A stretch of DNA of 64,000 nucleotides, from positions 1 through 64,000 of the IMG/VR virus record IMGVR_UViG_3300049489_001303; one strand, given 5' to 3'. The notes beneath the pieces are model-generated. The model saw only the letters and a program-made list of their open reading frames with translations. It ran no database searches and was not told the DNA's origin. The stretch is from a virus. This document shows, piece by piece, positions 61,725 to 64,000 of this stretch. Each line of letters starts with the position of its first letter. Position 1 is the stretch's first letter. The position numbers and the translations under genes are program-made.

Positions 61725-62294
61725 TTAATATCTCACCGGGCCCGGTTCCCCACCATGCTGTTCCGGGTAAATAGTGTTACCGGCACCAGTAAGATGCCCG
61801 ACACCTGTACCAATAGCGCCACCGATCTGGCCCCCGGCCATCCCACCACCGATAGCACCCAGAAGACCCAGCGGCCCGAAGGCAGCCAAGCTGAGAGCAC
61901 TGCCACCGAGGCTCTCTCCCAGGCGCTTGGCTTTATCACCCTCGGCATCCCCGGCAATGCTGCCCGCTTCATAGGCCGGAAGGCCGTAGAAGAGCGCCTT
62001 GTTAAGGAGCCCGGGTGCTTTGAGTCCTTCACGAATCAGTCCACCTTCGCTGAGGGCTTTGCCACCTTTCAGTTCGTCATAGAACTGGCGAGGTTTACCG
62101 ATCATAAAATTCTTAACGCTGCTGCCAACATCTTTGAGTTTTACGTTTCGACCTTTTTGTATCAGGCCGCTTATGGCATCGCCTATGGCGTTGAGGCCTT
62201 TACCCATGACTGCGCTACCGCCGGGAACACGCAAGGCCACCTTCTCGATACCGTAGCGGTCATATGCTGAATCTTGCCCCAGTTTGTAGAACAT
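61725..62294 (-). CDS. Glycine-zipper internal virion protein
   Basis: Start MFYKLGQDSAYDRYGIEKVA, 1 nt after the RNAP stop; C-terminal GxxxG zipper. Confidence 0.6.
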   Translation of the reverse strand: MFYKLGQDSAYDRYGIEKVALRVPGGSAVMGKGLNAIGDAISGLIQKGRNVKLKDVGSSVKNFMIGKPRQFYDELKGGKALSEGGLIREGLKAPGLLNKALFYGLPAYEAGSIAGDAEGDKAKRLGESLGGSALSLAAFGPLGLLGAIGGGMAGGQIGGAIGTGVGHLTGAGNTIYPEQHGGEPGPVRY

Positions 62295-62295
62295 C

Positions 62296-64000
62296 TCAGT
62301 AACGGCCATCTTCACCCTCTCCAAATTCAACACCGTAAGTATACGCCGGGACTGGATGTGTACCATGGATATTTGATTCTTCACCATATGCAGCGGCTTG
62401 CATAATGGATCTCTTGAGACCCTGGTGAGCCATTCGGGCAATCCAATCGGAATGTTTCTTGGGGGCGCTGGTGGCTGACATCATCACAAACTCAACCCCC
62501 GGAGCCCTCGGTGATACTATCACCTGATCTATACCTTTTTCGATCAGCTTGCGAGACACCTCGTGGGTTATATGCGTTCCAGCCGTGTAGCCTGGATATG
62601 CAATACCCAAGGTTTCTCCAATAGCTGCCTTGGTGGGCAACTGCTTGGTGTCCTCTCTGAGCACCTTCCTGAGAGCATTGTATGATACAGTGTCCCCCTT
62701 CAGAAAGTGGGGGGAGTTATCATCAGTGATCAACGCATGGCTCATTACACTCTTGGCCAGCAGCTCGAAGTGGCGGGGATCCATATTCATCCCCTGGCCC
62801 TTGTACAAATTATGCAGGGAGCTGACCATGTACCGTCTACCCTCATCCAGACCCTTCAATCGAGTGATGTCGGTGGGGCGAATGATACCTTCGCTGAGGC
62901 GGTCGCCCTTAGACACCTGAGCATCCTTCTTTACAAGGATGTCCAGCCCGGGTTCGATGTAGTGCCGTGTTTTTTCTACCGTAACAAAGTGGCCACCCTG
63001 CGGCGCCACCTCTACCTTCGTAACTTTGCCCTCAACTTCAGACAGGATAGCCCGGTTCTCAAAGTTCTCCGGCGTTTCGATAATCGCTCGGAAGCCTTTG
63101 ATCCCCTGAACCTGCTGTTTGTCAGACTTGGCCGTGTGACCGCCATGCTTGGCACTCAAAGCAAACTGTGTCAGTGGCTCCGCCATAGCCTGAGCCGAAC
63201 GGATACCCACATTGATACCTTTATGGTGTAAATTCCCCCGCTCGTCCAACCCCTGACAGTGCTTACAAACGCCGTCGGGCGCTTCACAGGTCATAGGAGA
63301 GCGCACCAGGATCCTGGCGCTCAGCTTGGCTATGGCCGGCTGATTGTTGGGGGTTATTAATGTATTATGTTTAAAGGAGTGAACTCCCCGGGCAAGGTAC
63401 CTGTCGATAACGTCCGGGGAAGAAGCATCCATCTCCAGGCCGTTGGTGGTTCCACAGTCATCCTCGGTGATAACCTGGTCGGACATATTGACAACCAGCT
63501 TCTTTGCCAGCTCGCCCGGCTCAGAAACAGAAGTCATACTGGCAATCTGGTCTTTCATGGATTGCCCGGTGGTCGCCCAATAATCAGCGGGTTTGAGGCC
63601 CTCCGAGTAAGTCTTCTCTACCAGCCATGGGATGGGATTGCCGTCAAAATCTCGTACGTAACCAACCCCACCGACGAGGTTGTTATAACCGACCATGTTT
63701 CCGCGGGCACCACTCTTGACCTGCAGGGTCAGCGACCCGGGATGCTTATCTGTGAGGTCCATCAGCGCCGTATGTGCCCCGATAGCGGCGTCCTTCCGCT
63801 TCTCATCTGTGTTGGCCGCCTTGAATTTTGCAATGTGCGGGGCCATCATCTTCTTACGCTTGGCATAGTCTGGAGTGATATCGTCCAGCCCTATGGTGAG
63901 ACCCTCAAGAGTAGCTATGCGATCACCCTCGTGCTTAATCTTTTCAATAGATTCAGCATAGGCTTCGGGATTCTGGTGAGCGTATGTCATCATGCTCTTC
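62296..64000 (-). CDS. rpoC: Phage-encoded DNA-directed RNA polymerase beta' subunit, C-terminal part (open at window edge)
   Basis: SGARGN, bridge helix SEPGELAKKL, EDDCGT, VRSPMTC..GVCKHC Zn site, trigger loop AQAMAEPLTQFALSAKHGG, DPRHFELL. Confidence 0.92.
   Translation of the reverse strand, partial: KSMMTYAHQNPEAYAESIEKIKHEGDRIATLEGLTIGLDDITPDYAKRKKMMAPHIAKFKAANTDEKRKDAAIGAHTALMDLTDKHPGSLTLQVKSGARGNMVGYNNLVGGVGYVRDFDGNPIPWLVEKTYSEGLKPADYWATTGQSMKDQIASMTSVSEPGELAKKLVVNMSDQVITEDDCGTTNGLEMDASSPDVIDRYLARGVHSFKHNTLITPNNQPAIAKLSARILVRSPMTCEAPDGVCKHCQGLDERGNLHHKGINVGIRSAQAMAEPLTQFALSAKHGGHTAKSDKQQVQGIKGFRAIIETPENFENRAILSEVEGKVTKVEVAPQGGHFVTVEKTRHYIEPGLDILVKKDAQVSKGDRLSEGIIRPTDITRLKGLDEGRRYMVSSLHNLYKGQGMNMDPRHFELLAKSVMSHALITDDNSPHFLKGDTVSYNALRKVLREDTKQLPTKAAIGETLGIAYPGYTAGTHITHEVSRKLIEKGIDQVIVSPRAPGVEFVMMSATSAPKKHSDWIARMAHQGLKRSIMQAAAYGEESNIHGTHPVPAYTYGVEFGEGEDGRY

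Noticed and set aside
62296-64000. Host chromosomal rpoC (prophage boundary)
   Set aside because: Too divergent in invariant motifs and directly coupled to virion genes, with no ribosomal protein operon context.
1-64000. Stop-codon reassignment
   Set aside because: Long genes are intact under the standard code, and TAA, TAG and TGA all terminate well-supported genes.

Overview
This is a fragment of a large contractile-tailed (myovirus-like) bacteriophage genome, almost entirely on the minus strand. Reading in transcription order (right to left): the C-terminal part of a phage-encoded multisubunit RNA polymerase beta' subunit (runs off the right edge); a head module (internal/scaffold-like proteins, prohead protease, decoration protein, major capsid protein); neck, tail sheath, tail tube, baseplate spike and further virion/lysis-like genes (to ~30.9 kb); and about 30 kb of small, translationally coupled accessory ORFs. 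The accessory part contains a tRNA/ncRNA locus, several local paralogue expansions and, at the left end, a MoxR-type AAA+ ATPase and a metallopeptidase-VWA gene interleaved with 11 Gly/Asp-rich mini-genes. No portal, terminase, integrase or CRISPR array is visible. The strongest novelty candidates are: (1) the Gly-rich peptide array with the AAA+/VWA pair; (2) a tRNA-like gene with a CAU anticodon, a Leu-type D-arm and a ~67-nt structured variable arm, next to a putative large structured RNA; (3) a pervasive K-x-A motif in head proteins, probably the maturation-protease recognition site; (4) a cluster of genes with fixed LKKDAR/RILAATEE anchors around hypervariable cores. All family names come from motif recognition by eye; no database search was run.
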